NCBI RefSeq assembly: GCF_006345805.1 | Contig: NC_043015.1 | Span: forward strand, 24,862,001 to 24,926,000 | Source of the DNA: Octopus sinensis | Lineage: Eukaryota | Direction: 5' to 3' | DNA length: 64,000 nt | Shown: positions 12,428 through 27,424 of the stretch, piece by piece | Numbering within the stretch: the first letter of the stretch is position 1 | Layout: each line of letters begins with the position of its first letter | Made by a program: the position numbers and the translations under genes | Notes under the pieces: generated by a model | Told to the model about the DNA's origin: nothing | Database searches by the model: none | The model's input: the letters and a program-made list of their open reading frames with translations, nothing else

Positions 12428-13431
12428 GTAGCATGTTGATATTTGTGGGTGTGTTTAAGGTAGTGAGTTAACTGCACCAGGCTACATGCTTAGAGGCATT
12501 TTATCTTTCTACATATTTTGAGTTTGAATCTTGTCAAAGTCCACTTTGCCTTTCATCCTTTTGGTGTTGAAGAAAATAAGTACCAGTTGAATACTTGGGT
12601 CAATGTATTCGATTTGCCCTCTTCCCTTGAAATTGCTGGCCTTGTGCCCAAATTTGAAATCAATATTTGTGTGTGTGTGTATGCAGATATGCCTATATGT
12701 AAATTCTTTCAACTGCAGGCACAAGACCTGAATATTTGAGGAAGGGAACTTGCCGATTAAATCAAACCCTGTACTTAACTAGTATTTATTTCATTGACCC
12801 TGAAAGGACGAAAAGTTGATCATAGCAGAATTGGAACTCACACTGTAAAGAGTAAGAAGAAATGCAGTGAAGCCTTTTCCCAATGTGTTGACAATTCTAC
12901 CAGCAGAATGTAATTAAACATGCAGTTGTGGCAAACCAAAATGTGACAAACCAAACTGTGGTAAACTGATATGCAAATATGATAATTGGTGCAAAAAGAA
13001 TACAAATAAGTAAATAGAATTAAGTTTGCTATTTATATATTTTATCAAATATTTTTTTTTTTTATACTTATTTGATTATGGTCATGCTGGAACAAAGCCT
13101 TCAAAGGTTTAGTTAAGCCTATCAAGAATGGTAATTGTTTTTAGATTTGGTGCTTATCTTATCAATATGTGTTTATAGAATTGCTATGCAATGATACAGC
13201 AACAACATTTTTGATTTTGAGCAGTATAAACATAAACACTTACCCCTATATACGAATATATGATCAAACAGACTTGTAAGAAGTGGTGTTGCTCATTGAT
13301 TTCTCTTGTTTCAACTTACCCCAGTAGAAAGACACTGTCCTAAATGTGAGATTTCTCATGTCTCACACTAAATTCACTATTCTTTCTTCTCCTTCTGTCC
13401 CTCTGTACACACACACACACTTATATATATA

Positions 13432-13649
13432 AGAGGATGTACTGAAAAGTGCCTAGCTTTGGGTAAAGGAAAACTCTGGTGGATCAGTTAATTACGATTT
13501 TATTCATCATATTCCCCTCTCAGATTTTCACACTTATTGCAGTAGTCATTCAATCTTCTAAGCCCTGTAAAAGAACTCAGAAGATTGGACCCCCCAACCA
13601 GGCCTTTTGCAATACCCTTAAAGCCAGGAACTGTTCAATACCCCCCTCA
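13432..13649. mobile_element. Mariner-like MITE
   Basis: Imperfect TIRs gaggatgtactgaaaagtgcctagctt / aagccaggaactgttcaatacccccctc with TA flanks. Confidence 0.7.
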
Positions 13650-13654
13650 TAGTA

Positions 13655-14800
13655 CAGCATATTAAGATTTATTAGAGCTTTACCAATGTTGGCATCTTGT
13701 GGAAGCAGAATAACATTAAAGACAGATTATGCTTAGCATTTCATTCCATAGTAAAGATAATACACTTTCAGAGATGTTGTCTCTTAAGCCTGCACATTGA
13801 ATACTACCAAGGTGGACTTTTACTTCATCTAAATAAAGGTTTCAAACATAACACAATTTCAAAAGAAACGGTTCTTCATAAATTTTCAACCATTTCATAG
13901 TTTTCTAAGTACCATGGAAATTCCATGGTTATTTCCAGCTAACTGTGGCTAAAGTCGTTTCCTCTCTTGCTTTCCTGATCATTGAGTAACCAATGAAATG
14001 TAAGAATTTTATATTAATGGACATGATAAATTTTTGTCTGTTGAATTAATACTCTTATTACACAAGACTTTTTGATGAAGTTTGAATATTATTGTATAAA
14101 TCTTTCTCTCCAGTTTTTGCTCACAAGTTTCCTTGATATCTGACAAGAGATACAATGTCAAGGCAACATGTTCCTTCAGCATTTATACTGTTGGGACATG
14201 TCAATAGTTTTATTAGTCTTTTTACAATTCCTCTCGATCTTGGGAATTCTTTATGCATTCCAATGTTCTTATCTCAGCATCATTCACCAACTCTCTCCTG
14301 TTTGTCATCTTGAAAACAGGAATTATATTTGCAAGTGACCGAATCACTTGCTGATGCAAGCAGTTCACTGCATTTTTTTCTTCACCTTTTTGATGTTTCT
14401 GTAGGTCTTCCTGTCTTTCACCCCATTGCATTTGGTTGTTCTATAACTTTCCATTTCAAGATGAAGCTTTTATGAAACAATATGTTAATTTTCTATGACA
14501 AGCAAAGGTTATGGATGCCCTGCTCAGTTTACAAGGTTTGACATGTTCTAATAAATGCCAAACAATTTTATATTTGCTAACATCCAGATTTTGTTAAATA
14601 CCACATGTATCTAGATACACTTGCTTCACTTTATTCCAGATGTCTAAAAAATGTTGATGCTGATTAAATCACCTCTTGAATTTATTTTCATTTAATTTGA
14701 TGGAATTTTTGAAGCTCGAATCATCAACTGCAGGCACTTTTGCACAATAAACTATTAATTTCAAGACATGACTTTTTAAATGGACGATTTTTGTGAACAA
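13655..14800 (-). mobile_element. Degenerate hAT (GTF2IRD2/Spin-like) transposase relic
   Basis: ORF 14222-14431 NCLHQQVI resembles the hAT C..HQ..L motif. The C-terminal remnant lies downstream. Heavily decayed. Confidence 0.5.
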
Positions 14801-17800
14801 GACACTTAAATGAATGTAAATTCAGTGTAAATAGTTAACATTTTTACTACAGAGTTCCATTATTTCCAACTTATGGGTTTTAATGAAGCTAAATTAACAT
14901 TTCAATTAAACATTTTATTATATTCATAATGTTTCAGTAATTAATTTATTTATTAGCTTACTTCTATTTCCAGTAAGAGAGTATGCAATTCTATGTAAGA
15001 GTAATTATACTCTTTAGTTTCATCAGAGCCAATTGAATTCTAATAAAGTTATTTGTTCCATTCATTCTGTTAATGAAATATAATTTGTCAAAATCCAAAC
15101 ACCATCATTCATAACATTGGCTTCCTGGAATCTGTCCTCACAACCATTTCAGACTACCCTGACACAAACCACACTTTTATTTACTCCAAACTGCAGTGAA
15201 ACATGAGTTCTAATAAACAATAAAACTATTTTGGTTTTCTTCTAATGCAAAATACTTCATAGCATGACAACTCTGCAATGAACTGAGATGAGTTTATCTT
15301 TGGGTGAGTATTTCTAGGGAACATCTACAACGTGTCACAAACAACACCAAGGTCACCTCAAATTTATAATTTCCCTCATTTCTATTCTGTTCTTTGATCA
15401 TCAGTCTGTCGTGTTTTCCAACACAGAGTGGTGTGTTGGAACAAGGAATATACTTCATCTTCATTGCAATATTCCTCTACACAGCGTTTCCCTTTGATAC
15501 AGCCCTTTGCTCTCCTCCTCATGCTCAGTCCCTGTCCTTTCCTACTTTCCATACAAGAGATCTCCCTAGATTTAGTTTGTGTATAAACAGCAACTGTGTT
15601 TTTATAAGCAAGGAAGTATGAAAATGTATTTGCACATTTGTCTGTATAATTGTATGTGTGCATATCTAATAACACAACTTGTACCCCTAAGATCTATACA
15701 CATGATCTAAAATATTGGGCAATTATTTGGATATCTTAATTACAAGCCTCAGTTTCACTAAAAACCTCCCGTTTCCACCCACACCACTTTCCCTTTTTCC
15801 CCTTGACTTTGCTTGAAAACTTCACCTCATCCTCACTCCTTTTTCTCTTTATTCTCCTTTGTTTGCCTCTCACCAAATCTGTTTGGCATTTTCTACCCCA
15901 CTTGCTTACTTTTTTTTTTAATTCTACAATCTCAAAACAACCAAATGTATTTCTTTACTACCCACAAGGGGCTAAACACAGAGGGGACAGACAACCAAAT
16001 GGATGAATAGTTTTGTTTTAAAATCTATTTAAGAGTCCTTCTGTTTCAAACTAGTTTTGCTTCTAATCTTCCTATTTTTTTGGTACAACCAAAGTCTCTT
16101 CTTCCTTGCTGATTTCATTTATTCTGTCATATCTCATGGCATGTCATACTTTGGCCTCTTTGTCTTCCACAAATACAAAACTTCTGACCTTCTCATAATA
16201 GCTTTCTTGTGGACTTCTCCCTTATTCAAGCCATCACTCTCACCATCCCTCCTTCCTTTCTGTCTCAATACAGTTTACCAATTTGCTAAAAGTGTCGAGC
16301 TGGCAGAATTGTTAGTGTGGCAGACAATATGGTTTGCAGCACTTTTTCCTGCTCTTTACATATGAGATCAGATATCTCCAAGGAAGACATTGCCTTCCAA
16401 TCTTTTGGAGTTGATAAAATACAAACCAGTTGAGAAACTGGAGTCAATGCAATCAAATAACTCTTACCACAAATTTCAGGCTGTGCGTCTATATTAGAAA
16501 CAATTTAGTAGCTTTCTAGTATATTCCCATCGCTATTTTCTCTATGAATTCTTCACTCACAGTTGAAGAGACAAGTGTCAGAAACATTTACCTTTTTGCT
16601 ACCAAATTGCCTGAGACGACCTAACCCGGTTCAATGATACAAGCCTTCTGTTGTAATGGGATCTATATTAAAAACTTCCGTCAAAATTTCATGTTGTGTT
16701 CCAAACATCAGTTTAATAATTTTAGAAAGTTATTTTACTTAGTTCTTCGTGATTTTAAAATTAATTGAAACAAATGTAGTTTGTTTCAATAGAACAATGG
16801 TACCAAAACGGTAACACATTGAATCCTTCACACAACAATTAGAATTATCAAACAAATTCTTCTATGGATCGAATGCCACTTAAACAGGCTGGCACTAATT
16901 TCCATTGCATTGAAATCCTTTACAGCATAAATCTTTTTCTTTTTTTAGAGAGAGGAAACGAATTCTTGAACAATATATAACAATAAAGATATTCATAACA
17001 TTAAAATAGTCAGAGGTATTTTTCACTTTGGTTTATGAAAAGTATTTTTTGAGAAACTTGTATTCACTAATATTTGTTCCTGTTGGCATTCTTGTTGTTA
17101 TTGTTGTTATGGTAGTTACATTTGTTGTTTTGGTTTACTTTATCCTCCCTAGCTTTTGAAATTTTTTCCCCTTCCTTTAAGAATCACCAAATCAAATTTG
17201 CAGACTTTTGTTCTCTTAAAATTACCATTTTCTGATGTCTTGGAATCTAAACTAAGACAATATTTCTTTCTAAGTTATTAATCTACTAAAATGTGCTGAA
17301 TTCTTGATATTTGTTTATTAATTATTTTCATATTTTTCTACTTTTATGCTTTTTTAGACTTGCTTTCTTTATTATTTATATTTTTCATGTGTATTTTTTG
17401 TTTTAGTTTTGAAGTTTTATTTAATCATCTATTTACATTTTTTTTTATTCTGCCATTAAAATTTTGGGGTACAATTACTTGTCAGTTTTCTTTGAAAAAC
17501 ATTTGTTTTCATTAATCATTTTTCTTCCTTTTTCTCCTGTCTCTTTACCTGTTAGTCCTCTTTCATTCTTTTCTTTTTTTCCTCCTTCCTTCCCCCCTTC
17601 TCTCTGTCTCTCTACACATCTTTTTAACTAATAATCTACTTATTTCCTTCTTCCACTCTTTCCTTTCATTCTATTCTTGATTGTATGATTTTTTTTTTCT
17701 TTCTTCTTCTTCTCTTCCTTTTGCCTCTTTCTTTCTTTCTTTCTTCACTTCATTTTTTTCATTTCCTGTAAACTTACTAAAAATAATTCAAATACATGAA

Positions 17801-18085
17801 TAATCACCCCACCACCACTATCACTCACACACCACATTCTCCACCCCCACCCTGCTAACCATACTCACACCTCTCCTCACATGACGATTTACATCAAAAT
17901 ATGAATAAATTTCTAAATTAAACATTAAGTTTTCTTTTTCTTGGATTTGGAGATATGAATATATTATCTTCGGTCAGTGGTTCCAAAGGGACTTAGTGCA
18001 GTATTCATTAACATAGTGTGCCGCATAACACAATATTAAATACAATATTTATGAATAACAATTTTTATTACAAAATAGTTTTTGC

Positions 18086-18119
<34 letters not shown>

Positions 18120-18251
18120 ATTGTCTATGCATTGCTCCAGGTCAGATATGATGCTGGAGACTTATGGTCAAAAACACTATGGAATGTCTAATCATAGGTG
18201 CAGTATTTGTGTTGATAATAATAATCATAAACATTATTATTACTATTATTA

Positions 18252-18283
<32 letters not shown>

Positions 18284-18289
<6 letters not shown>

Positions 18290-18530
18290 TCAGCCAAGGA
18301 AGGAGATTATGTTTCCATTGGCATTGGTTTGTTCGTCTGTCCATCTGTGTGCAAAATAACTCAAAAAGTTGTGAACGGTATTTTATGAAATTTGCAGGAA
18401 AAGTTGGTAATGACACAAGAAACAGATGATAAAATTTTGGTAGTAATTCGGGAATTTTTATGGATTCTTGAAGGATTTTTCATTTGTTATATTTACTTTA
18501 CATGATGGAAAATATTCCATCAACATTGCT
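18284..18530 (+). mobile_element. Helentron/HINE-like element, 5' part
   Basis: Starts ttattacctcagccaaggaaggagattatgttt, the typical TTACCTCCGCCAAGGAGGTTATGTT-type terminus. Confidence 0.5.
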
Positions 18531-18559
18531 TGTCTTTAAAATTCGTCTGAAGCTTGGCC

Positions 18560-18800
18560 CTGTACCATCCATCCACTACAGAAATGTTCAAGTCATATCA
18601 CAACACTATGACAGAACTATTTCACCTCAATTGGCCCTGCTCTCTTCAATATCATGCCAGACACACATAAAGGAGGAAGTGACTACACAGCATTCAAACA
18701 ATCCCTAGATGATTACCCCCCCCCCCCCAAAAAAAAATACCAGATAAACCACCCACACCCAGATATGTCTCTGAAAACAAAAAGCTTCTGCTTGAATAGG
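18560..18800 (+). mobile_element. Degenerate 3' end of a CR1/Jockey-like LINE
   Basis: GPALFNIMP...AFKQSLDDY...IPDKPPTP resembles the LINE ORF2 C-terminal GP.LFN.LP...FK..LD..L..IPD motif. Confidence 0.5.
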
Positions 18801-18957
18801 CTACAATTCCCCAGAGCTGACTGTGTATCTCTTCCAGGTGGTGCTATTAAATTAGAATTAAATTAAAAGCTTGCTGTTGTTATTGATGTATTATATCTGC
18901 TTCAGATAATTCCTGTTTAAAAACTTTTTTTTTAAATCATATGTCTGTGTTATTTTT

Positions 18958-19092
18958 TTTTACCCCTGCCAAGGATGTGATGTTTTTGCCGGTGTTGATT
19001 TGGGAAATTGGGCGATTTTCAGCATGCGTGTATATGGGTGGAAATGAGCTGCTTGGCAGAAGTCTGTGCTCTCCAAGTGCTTTACTAGTTAT
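18958..19092 (+). mobile_element. Short Helentron/HINE-like element
   Basis: tttacccctgccaagg start and cttggcagaagtctgtgctctccaagtgctttactagtt end (subterminal inverted repeat plus CTAG-TT-like end). Confidence 0.55.
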
Positions 19093-19100
19093 TATTATGA

Positions 19101-19320
19101 AGGTGGTGAGCTGGCTGAGTCGTTAGCATGCTAGGCAAAATGCTTAACTGTGTTTCGTCTGTCTTCATGTTCTGAGTTCAAATTCCGCCTAGGTTAACTT
19201 TGACTTTCATCCTTTGGGGGGGGGGGGGGTAATAAATTAAGTACCCGTGAAACACTGGGGTCGATGAAATTGACTAGTCCTCTCCTCTCCCCACAAATTT
19301 CAGGCCTTGTAGAAAGGATT
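19101..19320 (+). mobile_element. tRNA-derived SINE, family B
   Basis: aaggtggtgagctggc...gagttcaaattccgcc...ctttcatcctttgggg...aataaattaagtacc. Many decayed copies occur in the window. Confidence 0.8.
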
Positions 19321-19333
19321 ACTATTATTATTA

Positions 19334-19370
<37 letters not shown>

Positions 19371-21304
19371 AGACTGGAGCCTGGCTTCCCAGACCCCAGT
19401 TGAACTGGCTAACCCATGCCAGCATGGAAAACGGAAGTTAAAAGATGATGATGAGTAGTAGTAGTAGTAGGAGGAGGAGGAGGAGGAGAGTGTGAAGGTA
19501 GTAAGCTGTTAGAAACAGAGTATTAAAAGAAATGCTTTGTATATTTGTTCTGGGTTCAAATCCTAGTAAAGTCTGTATTGGCTTTCATCCTTTCAGGATC
19601 ATTAAAATAAAGGACCAGCTATTGGATCTCTGTCCAAATTAACAACCTGTTGTTCTTCTTGTTATTCATTGAGGGTTTTTACTGCTGCAACAAGTGCAAA
19701 TCTGTGCACCTTGGATATGTGCAGTGTTTTTGGTTTGTTTGCATTGTTTTCATTATGTCAAAAGTACCCAATGTGATACAGATGGGATGCATAGCAGTTG
19801 CTAGTTTTCCTTCTCCCTCTCCTCCTCAGAATATAAGGATGGATGAAATATTTCTAACAATTCTGCCAGCTCACTGCCTTCCATTGCACTTTATATTCAT
19901 GTGCCTTGAAGCAAAATATTGACAACCATGTGGCCCAAAAAGAACAGAAATAAAACAAATTTAGCAAAACTAAAAACATTTGTTCACCAAGAGACACAGA
20001 AACATTCATGTGCATGTGTACACACACACACACACATGAAGGGTTTTTTTTCTTTTTTCAAATGAAAGTGATGATAGAAATTTGTAAGGAGAAACAATTT
20101 CTTCATTTGCAAACACATCAAAGGAAAAATTATCCTTAAACACGGGAAAGTCAGACAAAAGAAAGAATGCATATTGGTAGCTACGAATGAAAACAGATGC
20201 TGTGATAACGGAAGATGCAACAATGAAGGAATACACTGTAACAATGTCTACGTTCTCAAAGTCACAAAAGGTTTTGTTCTTTCAACAGAACAGCTGGAAC
20301 CAGCCCCTACTTATACTTGGTGTGAGATTGCCTACATTTAGCAGATGCGGTCACAATGCATAACAAGTGCAATTTTTAAAACTGAAAAAAGTTGGAGAGG
20401 TTAATTTGATGCATTAGACACTGTCTCTGTAATAATTCCACAGAGTTTGGAATGTAAAAGGCATCACTAATGATCATATTTGCAGAAAAATGAGCAGGCA
20501 ATCTTTTAATATAAATAAATAAATATATATTTATATTGGGGAGGATAATTTTCATCATCATCAAGTGTTTTAAATCTGGGTTTTGTCCCCGTTGATGGGG
20601 GTGGCTGGATCTACCTCAATACCATAGCAACCAAGGTAGGCAGGTGCAGTTCACCCCAACCCTTGGGCTGGCTGGTGCCCATTCTCCTTTGCTATCATGA
20701 GGCTTTTTTGGATCTGGATTTTCTACAGGGAGCATGCCCTTGTTTGCCCCCAACCTCAGTTTCTAGGCATGAGTGGTCCCGAGACCAAGGATTCTACCAT
20801 GATTTTAAAGAAATGTGGAAAACTAGCTCAGGAACAGGGATGCTACTCCCTGAGACCCCTTTCAGAGCCCCCCTACCTACGTATATAATTACTCATGATC
20901 CCATGAGACATAAAAAGCTGATTCAAAAAGTTGGTCTCATGGTTGTTAAGAGGAATAGCAGTATCTTTTATTATCAAAATTCAGTGAAAACATGTCTGCT
21001 AATGGGGAAAATATTGGCTTCCTTAGCAACAGGTGAGGGTTGGCAACAGAAAGGCATCCATTTCAAGAAATCTGCCTTCAAGAATTATGTTTGACCTGTG
21101 CAAGCATGGAAAAGTGGACATTGAAACAATAGCATCACTGATGGAAGTGGTGGTAATGGTGGGGGCATATTGATGATAATCTTCTTTATTCTTACATCTA
21201 ATCTTTAAAAATAATTAATCTCACACTTTTAGCTTATTCATAGGTATGTATGTAGATGCATAAATGTAAACATACATACGTTCATACATCGATGATGATG
21301 ATGA

Positions 21305-21527
21305 CATATATTACTCTTTTACTTGTTTCAGTCATTTGACTGCGGCCATGCTGGAGCACCGCCTTTAATCGAGCAACTCGACCCCGGGACTTATTCTTTT
21401 GTAAGCCCAGTACTTATTATATCGGTCTCTTTTGCCGAACCGCTAAGTAACGGGGACATAAACAAACCAGCATCGGTTGTCAAGCAATGCTAGGAGGACA
21501 AACACAGATACACAAACACACACACGC

Positions 21528-21558
<31 letters not shown>

Positions 21559-21722
21559 TACGACGAGCTTCTTTCAGTTTCCGTCTCCCAAATCCACTCA
21601 CAAGGCTTTGGTTGGCCTGAGGCTATAGTAGAAGACACTTGCCCAAGGTGCCACGCAGTGGGACTGAACACAGAACCATGTGGTTCGTAAGCAAGCTACT
21701 TACCACACAGCCACTCCTGCAC
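21305..21722 (-). mobile_element. tRNA-derived SINE, family A
   Basis: Reverse complement of the 8187-8587 family. Confidence 0.85.
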
Positions 21723-22149
21723 CTATATATATATATATATATACACACACACATACACACATGCATACACATGAATATTTATTTACTGACTTGTCAGTAC
21801 AACTACTGTATTGATCTCTTAGACAGATTTTAGAATTACCTTTTCTGCTTGTTGCAAAACCAGCAAACTGTGTGTTTCGTAGGAAATTATATATTGTATG
21901 CAGAGGCAAGCTGCTGGCATCTCTAGCAGATGAGGTGTCCAGTACCGAAGAGTGGCAGAAATAGCTCAAAACCAGGACTGGTCAGCTGGTCCCATTGCTA
22001 AAAGGTGGTAGGGATTCGCTCCTCTGCTCCCAATTTTTTGGATACAGCTGTACATTGTTAACCTGCTAGAATAGATGTCCTCTTGGGGTTAAAAAAATCA
22101 CAGTAGAATCTGCATGAGTGGCTACGAATATTACTTATTTACTTATATC

Positions 22150-22439
22150 CAGTGGTGGACTAGGTCTAAAAGTATTGGTTACCAAGAGACTAAGGGGTCC
22201 ACCCACAACTACAAGGGGGCTAACATTTAATTGTTTGTGCGAAAAGTATTCTTTTCAACTGTCTACAAACACAACCAGGCTGAAAGAATTAATGCATTCT
22301 TCCAGGAGTGAATAAGAAATTCTCAAACTTGAGGGGATGGGCCCCTTTGATACTAACATGGGCTCCCATATATGGATTCTAATAGCACAGGAGCCCACTT
22401 GCCATCGGACAAGCTGGTAACCTGGCCAGTCCACCACTG
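22150..22439. mobile_element. hAT-type MITE
   Basis: 12-bp TIR cagtggtggact / agtccaccactg; 8-bp TSD cttatatc / cttatata. Confidence 0.82.
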
Positions 22440-22976
22440 CTTATATATTTTCTTACATATTCAGTTTGGAAATCTCTTTTATTACATCTGTTTAGTTCCA
22501 TGCCATTAGGTTTATTCTTCTCACAATACATTCATTTTAATTGGTTTTAATTCTTCACAAATCTGATTATGTCTATGTGTGTGTGTGTGTGTGTGCATGG
22601 CTGCCTGTGTATGTATTTTTTGTGTGTAGTTTAACACATGGCAAATATATTTGTTTATTTTTCATGTGTCTATGATATCTTTATGGCTTATAATTTTGTT
22701 TATTTATTTGTTTGTTTTACATTCCACTGCAATCATATTGTGTTATTCTAACCTTTGGCTGAATTAATCATAAAAGCATGTGGCTATGCGTATACACTGC
22801 ACACACACACACACACACAACACACACACACACAAAGACAGACAGATGGATACATTGATTGATATATCTTAAAATTTAGTTTTATCTGCAACCAAATCAG
22901 ATGCCTCTGTATTCAGCAGATGCCTCTCCAATCATATTCATCTAACCCAAGTATGAATATACACATACATAGGCAC

Positions 22977-23140
22977 AGGAGTGGCTGTGTGGTAATATGA
23001 TTGCTTTCCAGCCACATGGTTCCAGGTTCAGTCCCAATGCACAGCACCTTGGGCAACTGTCTTATACTATAGCTTTGGGCCAACCAAAGCCTTGTGAGGG
23101 AATTTGGTAGATGGAAACTGAAAGAAACCTGTCGTATATA
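22977..23140 (+). mobile_element. SINE family A, 5' half
   Basis: Head identical in layout to 8187; truncated at the internal microsatellite. Confidence 0.8.
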
Positions 23141-23176
23141 TATATGAATGTATGTATATGTGTATGTATATATTTG

Positions 23177-23255
<79 letters not shown>

Positions 23256-23359
23256 AAATAAGAAACAAATAAAAACATAAAGAATAAAAATATACATACA
23301 CTTGTGTGAATATACACACATACACATGGACACATGCACATATGCGTACACACACAAGT

Positions 23360-23392
<33 letters not shown>

Positions 23393-24384
23393 TATACACA
23401 TACACAGGTGCATGTACCTATACATACACACCTTCATATATTTTTCACTTGTACATGTATATATATTGCAACATATAACTGCACTGCCTTTATGTTACAG
23501 CATTATATAATGTGTAGATAAAACATAAATATAAGGAAAACATAAATAAAATCAAATGTAGTGATCAGTGATACTAGAATAAGTGAGATACAATAAAGGA
23601 TAACAAATAACAGATAAGAGATTAAAAAAATTAAAACAAGAAGTATACCTATGACGTCAAATGCCAGATTATAAAAAATCTTACCATTAATGAGAGGAAA
23701 ATATTAAGAATTTCTAATTAAGGGGTTGAAAACACAGGGCAACAATTTTCTATTTGATACTTACAGCTTTAGATAAAATACACAATTACATCAGAGGATA
23801 TAATTATGAATAGGAGTTTATTTATAAGGGATATATCCAGATTATTTCATAGATTTAAAGCATGCAAATATATATGTAATATTATGCAAGCAGTGCAGCT
23901 TAAGCTTTCTCACCTTATTGAGAAGATTACCTGGATATGTAACGATTTTGTACAATTCAGCACAACTAGTATGGTGCAGCCAGGCTAGTTACCTGTGTAC
24001 AGCAATACTTTTCTAATAATGCTGCAGGCAATATTGAATTGAGTTACTTCTATCTTTCAACTCCCACACTTTCTCTGCAAGTGACTAACCTTATCCCTAT
24101 TTCTAAAGGGAAAAAAATGGTCATATAATTTTAGTTTGAAGTAATAAGCAGTTGAGCATATATAATTAAAAGTATTCATATCTGATGTCATGTCACATTT
24201 ATATACAATGTTTTTAGTTAAACAAAGGTTGTTGAAAGGACAAAGAGATTTTTTTCTGAAGTTACATAATTTCGAGGATGACTGGCTACCAGTATTGTAA
24301 TTACCATTTAAGTATGGTATTTCTGCCTTACATGTTTATTTGTTTAAACTCAACTGAGGATAGTGGATTTTCACGGTGATGTAA

Positions 24385-25850
24385 TCTAGGTCATAGCCCA
24401 ACTAATTAGGGAGAGAGTTAGTCTAGATACAGTTCGGTTTTGTCCCCGAGAGAAGCACCACTGATGCAATATTTCTGGTAAGGCAACTTCAGGAGAAATA
24501 CATAGCAAAAGGTAAACCTCTGTACTTGGCTTTTGTTGACTTGGAGAAAGCTTTTGACAGGGTCCCCCAATCCCTTATCTAATGGTAAATATGGAAACTA
24601 GGGATAAATGAGTGAGTCTTAATAAGTAGGAAGGCAGACAAATCACAAATCCTTTCAGGTAGATGGCTTTGCTCAATCTGTACAAATGGCATAGGAAGAA
24701 ACTCCATAAGATGTACCCAGTGTAAGCTATGGACACATAAGAGGTGCAACAAAATCAGAAGTTTAACGGAGAAAATAGCTTTTGTATGCAGAAGATGTAC
24801 AGGTACAATAGATACCAAAAATGTACAGAAAATAGACTACATCAACTGTCGGGGGGTGGGGTGCAAGCCAGAGGTAGTAGACAGCTTCCATTATCTAGGT
24901 GACCAAGTTACTAGTGGAGATGGATACTCTAAGAGCATAGCTGTACAAAGTTCGGAGAACACCTACTTCTGCTGGAATCAAAGTGACTCTTACTCAGAGT
25001 GAAAGGAAGATTGTACGATGCTTGTGTGTGAATAGCTATGATACACAGTAATGAAACATGGAGTATGACAGCTGAGGAAATGAGTAGGCTTGAAATAAAT
25101 GAAGCCTTTATGCTTCACGGGATGTGCAATGTCAGTGTGCATGTTTGACAGAGTGTAAGCATGTTGATAGAAAAGTTGGGCATAGGGGACATCAGATGTG
25201 GTGTACAAGAGAGATGACTGTGCTGGTATGGCCATATGATGCGTATGGACAAGGGCAGCTGTTTAAAGAAGAGCTGACCTTTAACTATGGAGGAAACCTG
25301 TGGTAGAGGTAAACACAGGAAGACATAGGATGAAGTGGTGAAGCATTATCTTTGAACTTTCAGCCTCTCAGAGGTAACAATTAGTGACCAAGACCTTTGA
25401 TGTTATGCTGTGCTTGAAAAGCCCTGTCAAGTCAAGTAAAATCGTAGTTGTGGCTGATGTTAGTGTCATATAACTGGTACCCATGACAGTAGCATGTGAA
25501 ATGCACCTTTTGGGCTCAGGGCCTCATGGAGGCAAAGTGGCTGATGCCAGTCATGCATGAGCAATGCCAGTGCCACCTGACTCGTACCCATGCTGGTGGT
25601 ATGTAAAAAGCACCATTTGAGCATGACCAATTCCAGTGCCACCTGATTGGCTCCCGTGCTGGTGGCACATAAAAGCAATCGCTACATTCTGTGGGTGGCT
25701 GGCTTTAGAAAGGGGAACTAGCTGTAGAAACCTTATCAAATCAGACTGGAGCCTGGTCCTGCCTCCCAGCTTGCCAGATCTCACTCAAACCATCCAACCC
25801 ATACCAGCATGGAAAGCAGACGTTAAATGACAATGATGGTGATGAAGATG
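24385..25850 (+). mobile_element. Older, internally deleted RTE-family copy (copy 3)
   Basis: Degenerate RT (FGFVP, LEKAFDRVP), PHD-like segment, 3' UTR repeats and gatgatg tail homologous to copy 1. Confidence 0.88.
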
Positions 25851-25873
25851 ATGTATATAAACATATATATAAT

Positions 25874-25939
<66 letters not shown>

Positions 25940-25979
25940 TATGTATGTATGTATGTATGTATGTATATTAATATATATA

Positions 25980-26843
25980 CAGGGTGTCCCAAAAAAATTG
26001 TCATCGTTTCATTACCTATTAACACGAAGAATTTTCATCCAAATTGTCTCAAATTTTAGCAGTATGTCTAGAAAGCAGTACACTTTTAAAATATGTGTTT
26101 TTTTTGTATGTTTTTCTTATCAAGGAAAAAGGTGTTTTGTGTATTGAATACTCCTAAACTCAATGAAATGTGAATGCGCAACATATATTTATTAGAAAAT
26201 TTCATAAGCAAACACCAACAGGGAAGCAGATTTTGATGTGGCATAAGAAGTTTCAAGAGGAAGGCTGTTTATTTCAGACAAAAGGATCTGAACGGTCAGC
26301 AGTTTCAGAAGAGATGGTAAACCAACTTCGGGAAATGCTTAGTCGGAGGCCAAAACAACCTGTGCAAAGAGCAAGCCTGGAAACCTGGATCCCCAAAGTC
26401 AACTGTTTGGCGTGTCATAAGAAAAACGCATGTAGTTGATCCCCTCCAAACTTCAGCTTGTGCAGAATTTAAAGCTGGTTGTGAAGATAGGCAAGAGAAA
26501 CTTGGAGATGACAACTTTGAAAACCATCTTCTTTTCAGCAATGAAGTCACATTCCATATGAATGGCAAAGTGAACAAGCAAAATGATCACATTTGGGGCA
26601 AAGAAAATCGACACGACACAATTGAACATGAAAGGGACTCATCAAAATGAGTTCTGTGCCATCTCAAAGAACTGTGATAACTTTGGAACATTATAAAATT
26701 ATCATCTCATAGAATTTTGCACACGAAATTTGTAGAATAAAACTTATGTTGAAAATTAAGCCTATCAAGTTTCATTTTTCTTGACCATGTAATCACTTTG
26801 ATATGCACATTTCAAATGATATCCAATATATTGGGATACCTTG
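25980..26843 (+). mobile_element. Internally deleted Tc1/mariner DNA transposon
   Basis: TIRs cagggtgtcccaa / ttgggataccttg with TA flanks. HTH-like RKFHKQTPTGKQILMWHKKF and DDE start FSNEVTFHMNGKVNKQNDHIWG...HERDS. Confidence 0.88.
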
Positions 26844-26847
26844 TATA

Positions 26848-26978
<131 letters not shown>

Positions 26979-27080
26979 AAGTAGTAAATATATGGCACAA
27001 CGAAGTACCGATATTTACTGGAAATAGCGAACGGGCTATTCTTTACTGGAAAGCAATACTGTAGTATTGCATTACTAATT

Positions 27081-27116
<36 letters not shown>

Positions 27117-27388
27117 ATTACACACACACATACACAACGCTCACACACATTTGTGTTTGATAGAATGAACAGAACAAATCCAATTCAATAACAAGCATAA
27201 ATATGTTTTCTTCTTTATTGGCAGAATTTACCAAAGTAACTCAAGAGATGAGAGTCTCATTCATGGCATTGCTTGCTGCCCTTCAGACCATTTTCTAATT
27301 TATGCTGATTAAAAATATATGTATAGGTGTGAGTGTGTCTGTACGTATTCATACATGCATGCATATATGCACACACACACACACACAC

Positions 27389-27424
<36 letters not shown>

